Positions 28,820-39,536 of a stretch of DNA of 64,000 bases are shown in pieces. Origin of the DNA: an uncultured Gemmatimonadales bacterium (GTDB lineage Bacteria; Gemmatimonadota; Gemmatimonadetes; Gemmatimonadales; GWC2-71-9); the NCBI GenBank assembly GCA_963730185.1, contig CAVSQW010000006.1, positions 448,001 to 512,000 of the forward strand, written 5' to 3'. The notes under the pieces are model-generated. The model saw nothing but the letters and a program-made list of their open reading frames with translations. It was not told the origin of the DNA and did no database searches. The position numbers were made by a program, and so were the translations under genes. Within the stretch, counting starts at the first letter, position 1, and each line of letters begins with the position of its first letter.

Positions 28820-29521
28820 ATGAACCCGCTCGACTTCTCCCGGTTCGAGGCGCTGACCTTCGACTGTTACGGCACCCTGATCGACTGGGAACGGGGTCTC
28901 CTCGAGGCCCTCCATGCCGTGCTGCGGCGGCACGACCGGCACCGCCCGGACGACGAGCTCCTGACCCTGTTCGGAGAGCTCGAATCGCCGATCCAGCAGG
29001 GGCCGTTCCGGCGGTACCGTGCGGTGCTCCGCGAGACCATGCGGCAGCTGGCCGAGCGGCTCGACTTCGAGCCCACGCCGGCCGACCTCGACGCGCTCGC
29101 CGCTTCACTCCCCGACTGGCCGCCCTTCCCCGACACGGTCGCGGCCCTGCGGCGGCTGAGCGGCCGCTATCGCCTCGGGATCATCTCCAACGTCGACGAC
29201 GACCTCTTCGCCGGCACCAAGCGGCACCTGAAGACCGAGTTTTCCTGGGTGATTACGGCCGAACAGGTGGGAACCTACAAGCCCGCCAGAAACAACTTCC
29301 ATCGGGCCCTCGAGCGAATCGGCTTACCCTGGGACCACGTGCTCCACGCGGCCCAAAGCCTCTACCACGACATCGGCCCGGCCCGGTCGCTCGGGCTGGC
29401 CACCGTGTGGGTCAACCGCCGGGCCGGGCGAAGCGGCGGCGGAGCGACGCCCACCGCCGCGGCCCAACCCGATCTCGAAGTGCCGGACCTCGCCACCCTG
29501 GCGAACCTGGCCGGCACCTGA
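28820..29521 (+). CDS. Haloacid dehalogenase type II (HAD superfamily)
   Basis: TFDCYGTLIDWE, ISNVD, YKP and SLYHDI motifs. Confidence 0.93.
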   Translation: MNPLDFSRFEALTFDCYGTLIDWERGLLEALHAVLRRHDRHRPDDELLTLFGELESPIQQGPFRRYRAVLRETMRQLAERLDFEPTPADLDALAASLPDWPPFPDTVAALRRLSGRYRLGIISNVDDDLFAGTKRHLKTEFSWVITAEQVGTYKPARNNFHRALERIGLPWDHVLHAAQSLYHDIGPARSLGLATVWVNRRAGRSGGGATPTAAAQPDLEVPDLATLANLAGT

Positions 29522-29525
29522 GGTC

Positions 29526-29756
29526 TCAGGCGCCGTTCTTGCCCTTGACGAACCGGTAGAGGAGCAGAATCACAATGGCTCCGACGACGGAGGCAAGGAA
29601 CCCCACCCGACCGCCGAAAAGAAACGAGCCCAGCCACGAGCCCGCGATGCCGAGCAGCGTGGTCATGATGAAGCCGCCCGGATCCTTCCCCGGCATCAGG
29701 AACTTGGCCACGACCCCGATGCAGAACCCGATCAGAATGGTCCAGATCAAGCCCAC
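29526..29756 (-). CDS. GlsB/YeaQ/YmgE (transglycosylase-associated) stress membrane protein
   Basis: IGVVAKFLMPGKDPGGFIMTTLLGIAGS; GTG 29756 after GGAGG. Confidence 0.92.
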   Translation of the reverse strand: MGLIWTILIGFCIGVVAKFLMPGKDPGGFIMTTLLGIAGSWLGSFLFGGRVGFLASVVGAIVILLLYRFVKGKNGA

Positions 29757-29872
29757 GTGTCCCTCCCGGCAGAGTGATTGACGTCCTCGGAACGCCCTGC
29801 CAATACGAAGCTGGCGCCAAATGGTGTCAACCGTGTCCACCGGGACCTCGGCGGCCGGTCTGGTCGGAGGAT

Positions 29873-29904
29873 GGCCCCTCGGGGCCGGCCGTCCCCGAGG
29901 GGCC
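29873..29904. terminator. Perfect 12-bp GC hairpin downstream of ADOP permease
   Basis: GGCCCCTCGGGG-N8-CCCCGAGGGGCC; no clear U-tract. Confidence 0.45.
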
Positions 29905-29955
29905 GACTTCCCGATCCGGGCACCGCCGGCGGACCGAGCGGCCTGACGCCGAGCC

Positions 29956-32571
29956 TCAGTCCGTCCGGAGCACCTCCAGGGGGTCGACCCGGGTCGCCCG
30001 GCGGGCCGGGATCCAGGTGGCCACCAACGCGGCCAGGCCGATCAGCCCGGCCACCCCGAGATAGGTGGGCCAGTCCAGCGGCGTCACCCCGTGGAGCATC
30101 GCCGCCATGAACCGGGTCAGGCCCAACGCTCCCGCGGTGCCGATCGCGATGCCCGCCATCGCGAGGGCGAGCCCCGACCGCACCACCCCGCTCCGCACCC
30201 GGCTCGGCGCGGCGCCGAGCGCCAACCGGATGCCCAGCTCACGACGCCGGCGGGCGACGTCGACCAGCAGCACCCCCGCCACACCGGCCGTCGCGAGCAG
30301 CAGCGCGGCGACCGAGAACCCGGCCAGCACCGCGAACGTCACCCGGTCCTGCCCCATCGACTCGGCGACCTCTCGATCCATCGACACCAGATCGTACACC
30401 GGCACGAACCGGTCCTCGGACCAGACCGCGTCACGGATCAGTGGCTGCAAGACGTCCGGCGCGGCCGCGGACCGGACCAGGACGTCCATCCGCCCTCCGA
30501 CCGGATCGGGGAAGTAGATCGTGGGTCGAACCGGCACCGCCGGCCCGGAGAAGGCCACGTCACCGACGACGCCCGCCACCCGGGCTCGGATTCCGCCGTT
30601 CAAGCGGATGTCGACCGCGCGGCCCACCGCGCGTCCGCCGCCGAACAGCAGCCGGGCCCCGGTCTGGTTGATCAGAATTGCGGGCTCGCTCCCCGGCGCG
30701 GGCATCGAGTCGAAGATCCGACCGGCGACCAACGCGATCCGGAGGACGCGGAAGTAACCCGGCGAAGCCCAGATCACGTCCGTCCCGGGCGCATCCGCCT
30801 GGTCGATGCGGCCGTCGGCCGGGAGGACCGTGGTGGCGACGTCGCTGACCCCAAGGGGCCTCCGCGACGCGAGCCCCACGTCGCGTACCCCAGGAAGGGC
30901 TCGGAGCCGGTCGGCGAGATCGAGATAGAACCGGTGCCGGGCCGGGCCGTCGTACCGTTCGGACGGGACGAACAGCCGGAAGGTCGTCACCTGATCGGCC
31001 TGGAAACCGAGATCGGCGGCGCGGAGCGCCAGAAAGCTCCGCATGGCGAGACCTGCCGCTACGGTCAGCATCAACGCGAGCGCCACTTCCGCCACCACCA
31101 ACCCACCGCTCAGCCCCCGCGCGGTGCCCCGGCCCCCACCGCCGGCCTCCAGCCAGTCCCGAAGTCCGCGCTTCGGCATCCGGAGCGCGGGCAGCGTACC
31201 GGCCAGAAGCGTCGCTCCGAGCGTCACGATCAGCGCGAAGCCCAGCACCACCCCATCCACCCGAATGTCGCCCGCCCTCGGCAGATCGGCCGGTCGCACC
31301 GCCAGGATACCTCGGACGCCGAGCCAGGCGAGCAGCCCACCGAGCGGCGCGGCCAGGGCCCCGATCGCCAGGCTCTCCACCACCAGCTGCCGGGCCAGGC
31401 GACCCCGGCCCGCGCCCAGCGCCAGCCGCAGCGCCAGCTCACCGGAGCGGCGACGGAGCCGGGCCAGAAGCAGGTTCACGATGTTCACCACGGTCGTGGC
31501 CAGGAGGCCGGCGACCGCCACCATCAGGACCAGCAGGGCCGGCCGGACGTGCCCGGTGACCTGCTCGCGAAGCCCCACCAGATCGGCTGACCAGCGCCGG
31601 CTCGCCGGATCCTCCCGCACCCGCTCGGCGGCCACCAGCACGAGCTGCTCCCGGGCCCGCTCGAGGGGCACACCGGCCCGCACCCGGCCCAGGACCAGCA
31701 GGAAGGGCCCCCAACCGCGGTTCTGCTCGGTGGGGCTGAAGGGAACCCAGTACTGCTGGGCCGAGCTAAGCCAGCCGAAGGCCGGCGGATCGAAGCCGCG
31801 GGGCATCACCCCGACCACCGTGAAGCGGCCGTCGTCGAAGCGCACGTCGCGGCCGATCACCGCCGAGTCGGCCCCGAAGGCCTCCCGCCAGAGCCCGTCG
31901 CTCAAAACGATTACCCGTTCGCTCGCCGCACCTTCACGCTCGGTGAATCCGCGCCCCAGCGACGGATGGACACCGAGCACGTCGAACCACGCGGGCGAAA
32001 CGGCGGCCCCGGTCAGTCGCTCGGGCCGATCACGCTGGAGCACCTTGAGATCGGGCACCAGGGCGGCCATCGTCTCGACGGTCGTCACCCGCTCGCGCCA
32101 GGCCTCGAAGTTGGCGACCGAGACCACGTTCTCGCGGCGGTTCAGGGGCAGGTTCACCTGCCAGAGGGCCGCCAGACGATCGGGATGGGGATAGGGCAGC
32201 GGCCGGAGCAGGATCCCTCGGACCGTACCGAAGATGGCCGTGGTGGCGCCGACGCCCAGGGCAAGCGTGCCGATCGCGGCCAGGGCGACCCCCGGACTCC
32301 GAGCGAGCGAGCGAAGCGCGAACCGGGCGTCGCGGACCCCGTCCTCAACCCAGCGGAGCCCCCGCACCGCCCGGGCGTCGTCCTTGTGGACGTCCACGCC
32401 CCCGAAGTCACGGCGCGCGGTCCGCCGCGCTTCCGCCGGCGACATCCCGCCGGCCACCCGCTCGGCGATCTCCTGCTCGAGATGGAAGCGCATCTCCTCG
32501 TCCATCTCGCGCTCGAGCCGGTCGCGGCGGACGAGCCAGATGACCCGTTTGACGAAGGCGGGAAGCCGCAT
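29956..32571 (-). CDS. ADOP-type duplicated ABC permease
   Basis: EMDEEMRFHLE, DARFALRSLARSPG, RRRELGIRLALGA and PARRATRVDPLEVLR motifs. Confidence 0.95.
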   Translation of the reverse strand: MRLPAFVKRVIWLVRRDRLEREMDEEMRFHLEQEIAERVAGGMSPAEARRTARRDFGGVDVHKDDARAVRGLRWVEDGVRDARFALRSLARSPGVALAAIGTLALGVGATTAIFGTVRGILLRPLPYPHPDRLAALWQVNLPLNRRENVVSVANFEAWRERVTTVETMAALVPDLKVLQRDRPERLTGAAVSPAWFDVLGVHPSLGRGFTEREGAASERVIVLSDGLWREAFGADSAVIGRDVRFDDGRFTVVGVMPRGFDPPAFGWLSSAQQYWVPFSPTEQNRGWGPFLLVLGRVRAGVPLERAREQLVLVAAERVREDPASRRWSADLVGLREQVTGHVRPALLVLMVAVAGLLATTVVNIVNLLLARLRRRSGELALRLALGAGRGRLARQLVVESLAIGALAAPLGGLLAWLGVRGILAVRPADLPRAGDIRVDGVVLGFALIVTLGATLLAGTLPALRMPKRGLRDWLEAGGGGRGTARGLSGGLVVAEVALALMLTVAAGLAMRSFLALRAADLGFQADQVTTFRLFVPSERYDGPARHRFYLDLADRLRALPGVRDVGLASRRPLGVSDVATTVLPADGRIDQADAPGTDVIWASPGYFRVLRIALVAGRIFDSMPAPGSEPAILINQTGARLLFGGGRAVGRAVDIRLNGGIRARVAGVVGDVAFSGPAVPVRPTIYFPDPVGGRMDVLVRSAAAPDVLQPLIRDAVWSEDRFVPVYDLVSMDREVAESMGQDRVTFAVLAGFSVAALLLATAGVAGVLLVDVARRRRELGIRLALGAAPSRVRSGVVRSGLALAMAGIAIGTAGALGLTRFMAAMLHGVTPLDWPTYLGVAGLIGLAALVATWIPARRATRVDPLEVLRTD

Positions 32572-32584
32572 GGTCGGGGCCCGG

Positions 32585-32917
32585 TCAGCCGGTCGCGTCG
32601 AGCAACCGCTCCACCGCCCCGGCGAAGAGCCGCCAGCTCTTCTGCTCGCTGGTGGCCCGCCGCCGCCCCTCCGCCGTCAGCTCGTAGAACTTGGCGCGAC
32701 GGCCATCCGGCGACACCCCCCAGGCCGACCGGACCAGACCCCGATCCTCCAGCCGATAGAGCGCGGGATAGAGCGACCCCTGATTGACCTGGAGGACGTC
32801 GTCGGAGAGCTCCCGGATCCGCTTGCTGATGCCCCAGCCGTGGAGCGCGCCCAGCCGGAGGGTGCGGAGGATCAACAGATCGAGGGAGCCCTGAAGGAGA
32901 TCGGCGCGATCGGCCAT
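32585..32917 (-). CDS. PadR family transcriptional regulator (ADOP-associated)
   Basis: QGSLDLLILRTL...HGWGISKRI...QGSLYPALYRLE. Confidence 0.95.
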   Translation of the reverse strand: MADRADLLQGSLDLLILRTLRLGALHGWGISKRIRELSDDVLQVNQGSLYPALYRLEDRGLVRSAWGVSPDGRRAKFYELTAEGRRRATSEQKSWRLFAGAVERLLDATG

Positions 32918-32940
32918 GCCAGCCTGCCCGTGGAGTTATG

Positions 32941-32987
32941 CCTAGACGTCCGACAACAAGCTATGATCTTGTTGTCGGATGTCAAGG
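32941..32987 (-). promoter_or_regulatory. Promoter with long inverted repeat (probable PadR operator pair)
   Basis: CCTAGACGTCCGACAACAAG-N7-CTTGTTGTCGGATGTCAAGG (20-bp arms, 2 mismatches); minus-strand TTGACA at 32985-32980. Confidence 0.72.
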
Positions 32988-32989
32988 TA

Positions 32990-34336
32990 TCAACCGTCCC
33001 GGGCGGCGGCGAGGATCGCTCCGAGGCTCCGGTCCACGTCCCGGTCGGTCGTTCGCCAGGACGAGACGCTGATCCGCATCGCCGCCCGGCCCTGCCAGAC
33101 GGTGCCGCCGGCCCAACAGGTCCCGCCGGCCTGCACCCGGGCGATCACCCGGCGGGTCCGCTCGTCGTCGCCGAACGACGCCAGCACCTGATTCAGGACC
33201 ACGTCGTTGAGCACCTCGGCGCCGCCCGCCCGGAGACCATCGGCGAACCGGGTCGCCAGCCGGCAGCAGCGCTCCACCAGCTGGGCCAGCCCCGACCTGC
33301 CTAACGAGGCCAGGGCGGCCCAGATCTCGACCCCGCGGGCCCGCCGCGAGAGCTCGGGGGTATAGGCGTCGGGCTGGCGGGTGTCTTCCCGCACCAGGTA
33401 GGCCGCGCTGGTGGCCATGGCCGCCTCGAGCTGCGCCGGGCTCCGCACGAAGACGAGCCCGCTGTCGTAGGGGACGTTGAGCCACTTGTGGGCGTCGGTG
33501 GCGATCGAGTCGGCCTCCGCCACTCCGGCGGCGAGCGGGCGGAGGCGAGGCGACGCCAGGACCCAGAGCCCGAAAGCGCCATCGACGTGCACCCACGCGC
33601 CCGCGTCGTGCGCCCGCCCCATCAGCTCGACGGCCGGATCGAACGCCCCCGTGTTCACGTTGCCGGCCTGGAGACAGAGGATCGTGGGACCCGCCAGCCG
33701 GGGCAGGCGGTCGGCCCGCATCCGCCCCTGCTCGTCCACCGGCACCCGGACCACCCGCTCGCGGCCGAGGCCGAGGAGGCTCAGCGCCTTGAGCAGGCTG
33801 ACGTGGACCTCGTCGCCCACCACCACCGTGATCGGGGGCGCACCGAAGAGACCCCGGGCTCCGACATCCCAACCCTCCCGGGCCAGCAGCATGTGTCGCG
33901 CGGCCGCCAGCCCAGAGAAGTTCGCCATCGTGGCCCCGGTCACGAACCCGGCGCCGGTCCCGGCCGGCAGCCCGAGGGCTTCGACCAGCCACCGAAGGGC
34001 CACGGTCTCGATGGCGGACGTGCCCGGCGCCCCGACCGAGAGGCCACTGTTCTGGTCCCAGGCGGTGGCGAGCCATCCGGCCGCGACCGTGGCCGGCAGG
34101 GCCCCGCCGGTCACGAACCCGAAGTACCGTCCGCCCGCACTCGCGATCGCGGCCGGCGAGCCGAGCTCGTCGAGGCGGGCCAGCACGGCCGCCGGGTCGG
34201 TGGGTTGCTCCGGGAGCGGCCCCCCGAGCTCCCGGAGCCGGGCCAGCGCCGCCGGGCCGGGCACCACCGGGCGCTCGTCGAGCGACGCGAGAAAGCGAGC
34301 CGCCCGAGTGGCGGCGTCGGCGAGCAGGTCCTCCAT
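32990..34336 (-). CDS. PLP-dependent (group II) amino acid decarboxylase family protein
   Basis: RYFGFVTGG, AGNVNTGAFD, HVDGAFG and DAHKWLNVPYD motifs. Confidence 0.93.
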   Translation of the reverse strand: MEDLLADAATRAARFLASLDERPVVPGPAALARLRELGGPLPEQPTDPAAVLARLDELGSPAAIASAGGRYFGFVTGGALPATVAAGWLATAWDQNSGLSVGAPGTSAIETVALRWLVEALGLPAGTGAGFVTGATMANFSGLAAARHMLLAREGWDVGARGLFGAPPITVVVGDEVHVSLLKALSLLGLGRERVVRVPVDEQGRMRADRLPRLAGPTILCLQAGNVNTGAFDPAVELMGRAHDAGAWVHVDGAFGLWVLASPRLRPLAAGVAEADSIATDAHKWLNVPYDSGLVFVRSPAQLEAAMATSAAYLVREDTRQPDAYTPELSRRARGVEIWAALASLGRSGLAQLVERCCRLATRFADGLRAGGAEVLNDVVLNQVLASFGDDERTRRVIARVQAGGTCWAGGTVWQGRAAMRISVSSWRTTDRDVDRSLGAILAAARDG

Positions 34337-34373
34337 CGTGCCTCCCTCCTGAGCGCTCGTTCCTGACCCGGCC

Positions 34374-35967
<1,594 letters not shown>

Positions 35968-36116
35968 GTTGATCTCCCGGTGGGCGAATCGGGGCAGCGC
36001 GACCGACGGAGTGGTCGTGCAAGCTCGCACCCAGACCCGACGAGGTGAAGCCCCACCCGCTGATTTGCCCCGCACCCACCGATCCCGGATATTCGACGCT
36101 CACGGAGGGAGACTCC

Positions 36117-37124
36117 ATGCAGCGCCGAGATTTCGTTCGGGGTGCGGCCGCGACCGCCGCCCTCGCCGCCTGGCCCGACCACCTGAGGGCCTTTCCCCGC
36201 GGGGCGCCCAGCCGGCCGCCGTTGCTCAACGCCCACGCCCACGTCAACAGCCAGCGGGTCGCCGATCACCTCGCCAGCCTCATGGGCCGGCGAGTACTCG
36301 AGCCCCTCGATGGCGCCGAGATCATCCGCCGCCTCGACCGAATGGGCATCCGCCGCGCCTTCGTGCTGTCGACCGCGTACATGATGGCGTCAGACGTCGG
36401 CCACCCGCTTCCGCCCGACGAGGAGCAGAAGGCCGTGGCGGCCGAAAACGACTTCGCCGCGGCCCAGGCGGCCCTGGCACCCGATCGGCTGATCCCGTTC
36501 CTGAGCGTGAACCCGAAACGCGACTACGCCACCGCCGAGATCGACCGGGCCGTCGATCGCAACGGGATGCGAGGCTTGAAGCTGCATTTCTGGAACTCGA
36601 TGGTGGACCTTCGCCAGCCGGACCAGCTGGTCAGCGTCAAGCGCGCCATCGATCACGCGGCGGCCCGCGGCCTGCCCGTGGTGGGGCACGTCTATATCGG
36701 GGCCGTCAAGGACTTCGGACCCGACGACATCGATCGGATCATCGACCAGATCATCCTCCCGAACGAAGGGCTTCGCTTCTCGTTCGCTCATCTGGGTGGC
36801 GCGGGCGGATTCGCGGGCGTCGTGCAGCGGATCTTCGCCCGGCTGGTGGAACGGGTCGGGCCGGGCCATCCGGCTGCCAACCGGGTCTTCGCCGACATGG
36901 CCGTGACCCTGCTGGCCGACGGCATCGGGCCGATCCCGGCCACCCCACCGGCCGCCCGGGCCCGGATGGGAGAGCTGCTCCAGGGATGGGGGCTCGACCG
37001 GGTGTACTGGGGCAGCGACACCTTCGAGGCCTCGCTCGCCCAAACGGAGGCCGCCTGGCCGCTCGACGAGGTCGCGTGGGACCGCCTGGCCAGCAACACC
37101 GGCAACCGATTCCTGGGGAGCTGA
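36117..37124 (+). CDS. Tat-exported amidohydrolase (amidohydro_2-like)
   Basis: MQRRDFVRG twin-arginine leader; NAHAH, GLKLH, AHLGG and WGSD motifs; GGAGG RBS. Confidence 0.88.
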   Translation: MQRRDFVRGAAATAALAAWPDHLRAFPRGAPSRPPLLNAHAHVNSQRVADHLASLMGRRVLEPLDGAEIIRRLDRMGIRRAFVLSTAYMMASDVGHPLPPDEEQKAVAAENDFAAAQAALAPDRLIPFLSVNPKRDYATAEIDRAVDRNGMRGLKLHFWNSMVDLRQPDQLVSVKRAIDHAAARGLPVVGHVYIGAVKDFGPDDIDRIIDQIILPNEGLRFSFAHLGGAGGFAGVVQRIFARLVERVGPGHPAANRVFADMAVTLLADGIGPIPATPPAARARMGELLQGWGLDRVYWGSDTFEASLAQTEAAWPLDEVAWDRLASNTGNRFLGS

Positions 37125-37155
37125 GGATCGGCTCGGCGGTACCGAAAAGCGCCTC

Positions 37156-37211
37156 TTGACAGGTCAACCCCGGAACCAGACATTGGGAGGAGAAACCGAA
37201 CAAAAACCGAA
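37156..37211 (+). promoter_or_regulatory. Sigma70-like promoter with CGAA-N7-CGAA direct repeat (candidate SOS-type operator)
   Basis: TTGACA 37156-37161 (part of palindrome TTGAC-AG-GTCAA); GACATT at 17-bp spacing; AAACCGAA repeated with 11-bp period at 37193 and 37204. Confidence 0.6.
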
Positions 37212-37220
37212 AGTCAGAAC

Positions 37221-37391
37221 ATGACGCCTTCTCCCGCGCACGAACCTCTCCCCGACCAGCCCGCCGTGCGCACCGGTTCCGGAGGCCCAACCTACCTTCG
37301 GATCAGGGTTTGCCCCGAGTGCGCCGGGCCCGTCGTGCACGCGTCCGGCTGCCTGAGCTGCCCCCACTGCGGCTGGGCCCGGTGCGGCTAG
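37221..37391 (+). CDS. 56-aa Cys-rich zinc-ribbon microprotein
   Basis: Hand translation MTPSPAHEPLPDQPAVRTGSGGPTYLRIRVCPECAGPVVHASGCLSCPHCGWARCG; absent from ORF track. Confidence 0.75.
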   Translation: MTPSPAHEPLPDQPAVRTGSGGPTYLRIRVCPECAGPVVHASGCLSCPHCGWARCG

Positions 37392-38422
37392 CCGCGGCCC
37401 GACCTCGGCCAGTAGAGCCGACCCGCCCGCCTGGGCCAGCCAGGCCTGCCCAGCTGGCCCTCGAGCTCGGCCGGGCTCGACCGCCCATGCCGGTGCTCGA
37501 CACCCGCCGGCGCGGCTCACGGTTCGTAGGCCTCACCAGTCGGTCGGTGCTCAACTCGCCGGGGAGCACCGGTATGGACTTCTGGACCCTGAATCCCTAC
37601 GTGGGATGCGAGTTCGGGTGCTCGTATTGCTATGCTCGGAACACCCATCGCTGGGTCACCGAGCGGAATGCCGACCGTGGCCCGCGCGAGCTCACCGCCC
37701 TGAGCCCGGCCCAGGCCTTCGAGCGGAACATCTTCGTCAAGCGGAACGCCGCCCTGGTGCTCCGCCGCACCCTCGACCCGAGGAAGCTCAGCGGCACCCC
37801 CCTGCTGATCGGAACCGCGACCGATCCGTATCAGCCGGCGGAGCGCCGCTTCGGGGTTACCCGGTCGGTGCTCGAGGCGCTGACCGAGTATCGGGGGCTC
37901 GACCTCAGCCTTACGACCAAGTCGGCTTTGGTGACTCGGGACCTCGACGTGCTGCAGGAGCTTGGCGCCCGGCACCGGCTCACCGTGAACATCTCCCTCA
38001 TTTCGATGGACCGGGAGTTGATCCGGCGGCTCGAGCCCCGGACGCCGCTGCCCCACACCAGGCTCCGGGCGTTGGCCGCGCTCAGCGGTGCCGGGATCCA
38101 GGCGGGGATCATGATCGCGCCGATCGTCCCGGGCCTGACCGACGGGTGGGGGGCCCTGGGTGGCTTGCTGGCCGCGGCCAAGGAGGCCGGGGCGCGTTTC
38201 GCGGTCGGGTCGGCGCTCCGACTCAATCCCGGAGCGCGTGCCGGCTTCCTCCCCGTGCTCGAGCGGGAGTTCCCCGAGCTGGTGGGACGCTACCGCCGCC
38301 GCTACGGTCAGCGGACCGGCCCGGAGCGGGCGTACGGGGCGGCGCTGGAGAAGCGGTTGACCACCCTCCGGGCCATCCACGGCTTGCCCGGCGGCACTCT
38401 CCGCTACCGGCCGGCCGATTGA
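37382..38422 (+). CDS. SplB-like (Rv2578c/PA0069-type) radical SAM protein
   Basis: NPYVGCEFGCSYCYAR, IGTATDPYQPAE, TTKSALVTRDLD, LEPRTP and APIVPGLTD motifs; start uncertain (GTG 37382 or ATG 37487). Confidence 0.9.
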   Translation: MRLAAARPRPVEPTRPPGPARPAQLALELGRARPPMPVLDTRRRGSRFVGLTSRSVLNSPGSTGMDFWTLNPYVGCEFGCSYCYARNTHRWVTERNADRGPRELTALSPAQAFERNIFVKRNAALVLRRTLDPRKLSGTPLLIGTATDPYQPAERRFGVTRSVLEALTEYRGLDLSLTTKSALVTRDLDVLQELGARHRLTVNISLISMDRELIRRLEPRTPLPHTRLRALAALSGAGIQAGIMIAPIVPGLTDGWGALGGLLAAAKEAGARFAVGSALRLNPGARAGFLPVLEREFPELVGRYRRRYGQRTGPERAYGAALEKRLTTLRAIHGLPGGTLRYRPAD

Positions 38423-38431
38423 GGCAGCGGG

Positions 38432-39415
38432 TCAGTCCAGCGTCAGCACGATCTTACCGAACACCTCGTTCGCCTCCATCGCCGCGTGCGCCTGCGCCAC
38501 CTCGACGAGCGGGAACACCGCGCCCACCACCGGTTCGAGTCGAACCGGCGTGGCGCCCGCCTCGAACAGTCCGATCACCCGTTCCTCGAACTCCCGCACC
38601 AGCGGCACCCGTTCCGCCCGGCCGCGGGCCCGCATGACCGTGCCGATGATCTCGAGGCGATTGCGGAGCACCTGGCCGAGATTCACGTCGGCGGCGTGCG
38701 GCCCTTGCAGGGTGCCCAACAACACGAGCCGACCGCGCGGCGCGAGCGAGGCGAGATTGTCCGTCAGCGCGCCCCCGCCGAAGAAATCCAGAATCACGTC
38801 GGCGGGCGCGTCGAGGGCCGATCGGAAGCCGACGGTCGAGGTGTCGACGCCCCGGTCGAGCCCCAATCGCACGGCGTGCTCCAACTTCGCCGCGGTGCGC
38901 GAGGTGCCGATCGACACGGCGCCGAGCCACCGGATCAGCTGAACGGCCGCGGTGCCCACGCCACTTCCCACGGCATGGACGAGCACCCGCTCTCTCGGCG
39001 CCACCCGGGCCCGCGTCACCAGGGCGTCGTACGCGGTGAGGAACGCTTCGGGAATCCCCGCCGCCGCCTCGAACGAGAGGCCGGCGGGCATCGGCAGCAC
39101 CTCGTCTTGGTGAACGGCCACGAACTCGGCCTGGGCGCCGCCGCCCACCAGTCCCATGACCCGGTCGTCGGCTCGCCAGCGGCCGGCCTCCGGGCCGAGC
39201 GCCACGATCTCGCCGGCGTATTCGAGGCCCGGGATGTCCGCGGGCCAGCCGGGCGGCGCGGGATAATTGCCTTTGCGCTGGATGATGTCGGCCCGGTTGA
39301 GTCCCGCGGCCCGAACCCGCACCAGCACCTGTCCCGGACCGGGGGTCGGAGTCGGCACCTCGTCGAGCGAAAGAACCTCGGGACCTCCGGCACCATGGTG
39401 TACGATGGCTTGCAT
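38432..39415 (-). CDS. NAD(P)H-quinone oxidoreductase (PIG3/MDR family)
   Basis: AAGLNRADIIQRKGNYP, PGLEYAG, HAVGSGVGTAAVQ and GKIVL motifs. Confidence 0.94.
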   Translation of the reverse strand: MQAIVHHGAGGPEVLSLDEVPTPTPGPGQVLVRVRAAGLNRADIIQRKGNYPAPPGWPADIPGLEYAGEIVALGPEAGRWRADDRVMGLVGGGAQAEFVAVHQDEVLPMPAGLSFEAAAGIPEAFLTAYDALVTRARVAPRERVLVHAVGSGVGTAAVQLIRWLGAVSIGTSRTAAKLEHAVRLGLDRGVDTSTVGFRSALDAPADVILDFFGGGALTDNLASLAPRGRLVLLGTLQGPHAADVNLGQVLRNRLEIIGTVMRARGRAERVPLVREFEERVIGLFEAGATPVRLEPVVGAVFPLVEVAQAHAAMEANEVFGKIVLTLD

Positions 39416-39536
39416 GATTCGGAACCTAGCCACCATCCGGGGGCCGCGCGCTGGGGGTCACCATCCGGGCGCCGTGCCCTGTGGCCGCTCCACCGCCGGG
39501 CGGCGTCTCCTCCCTGACATCGGACCCGGACTCGTC

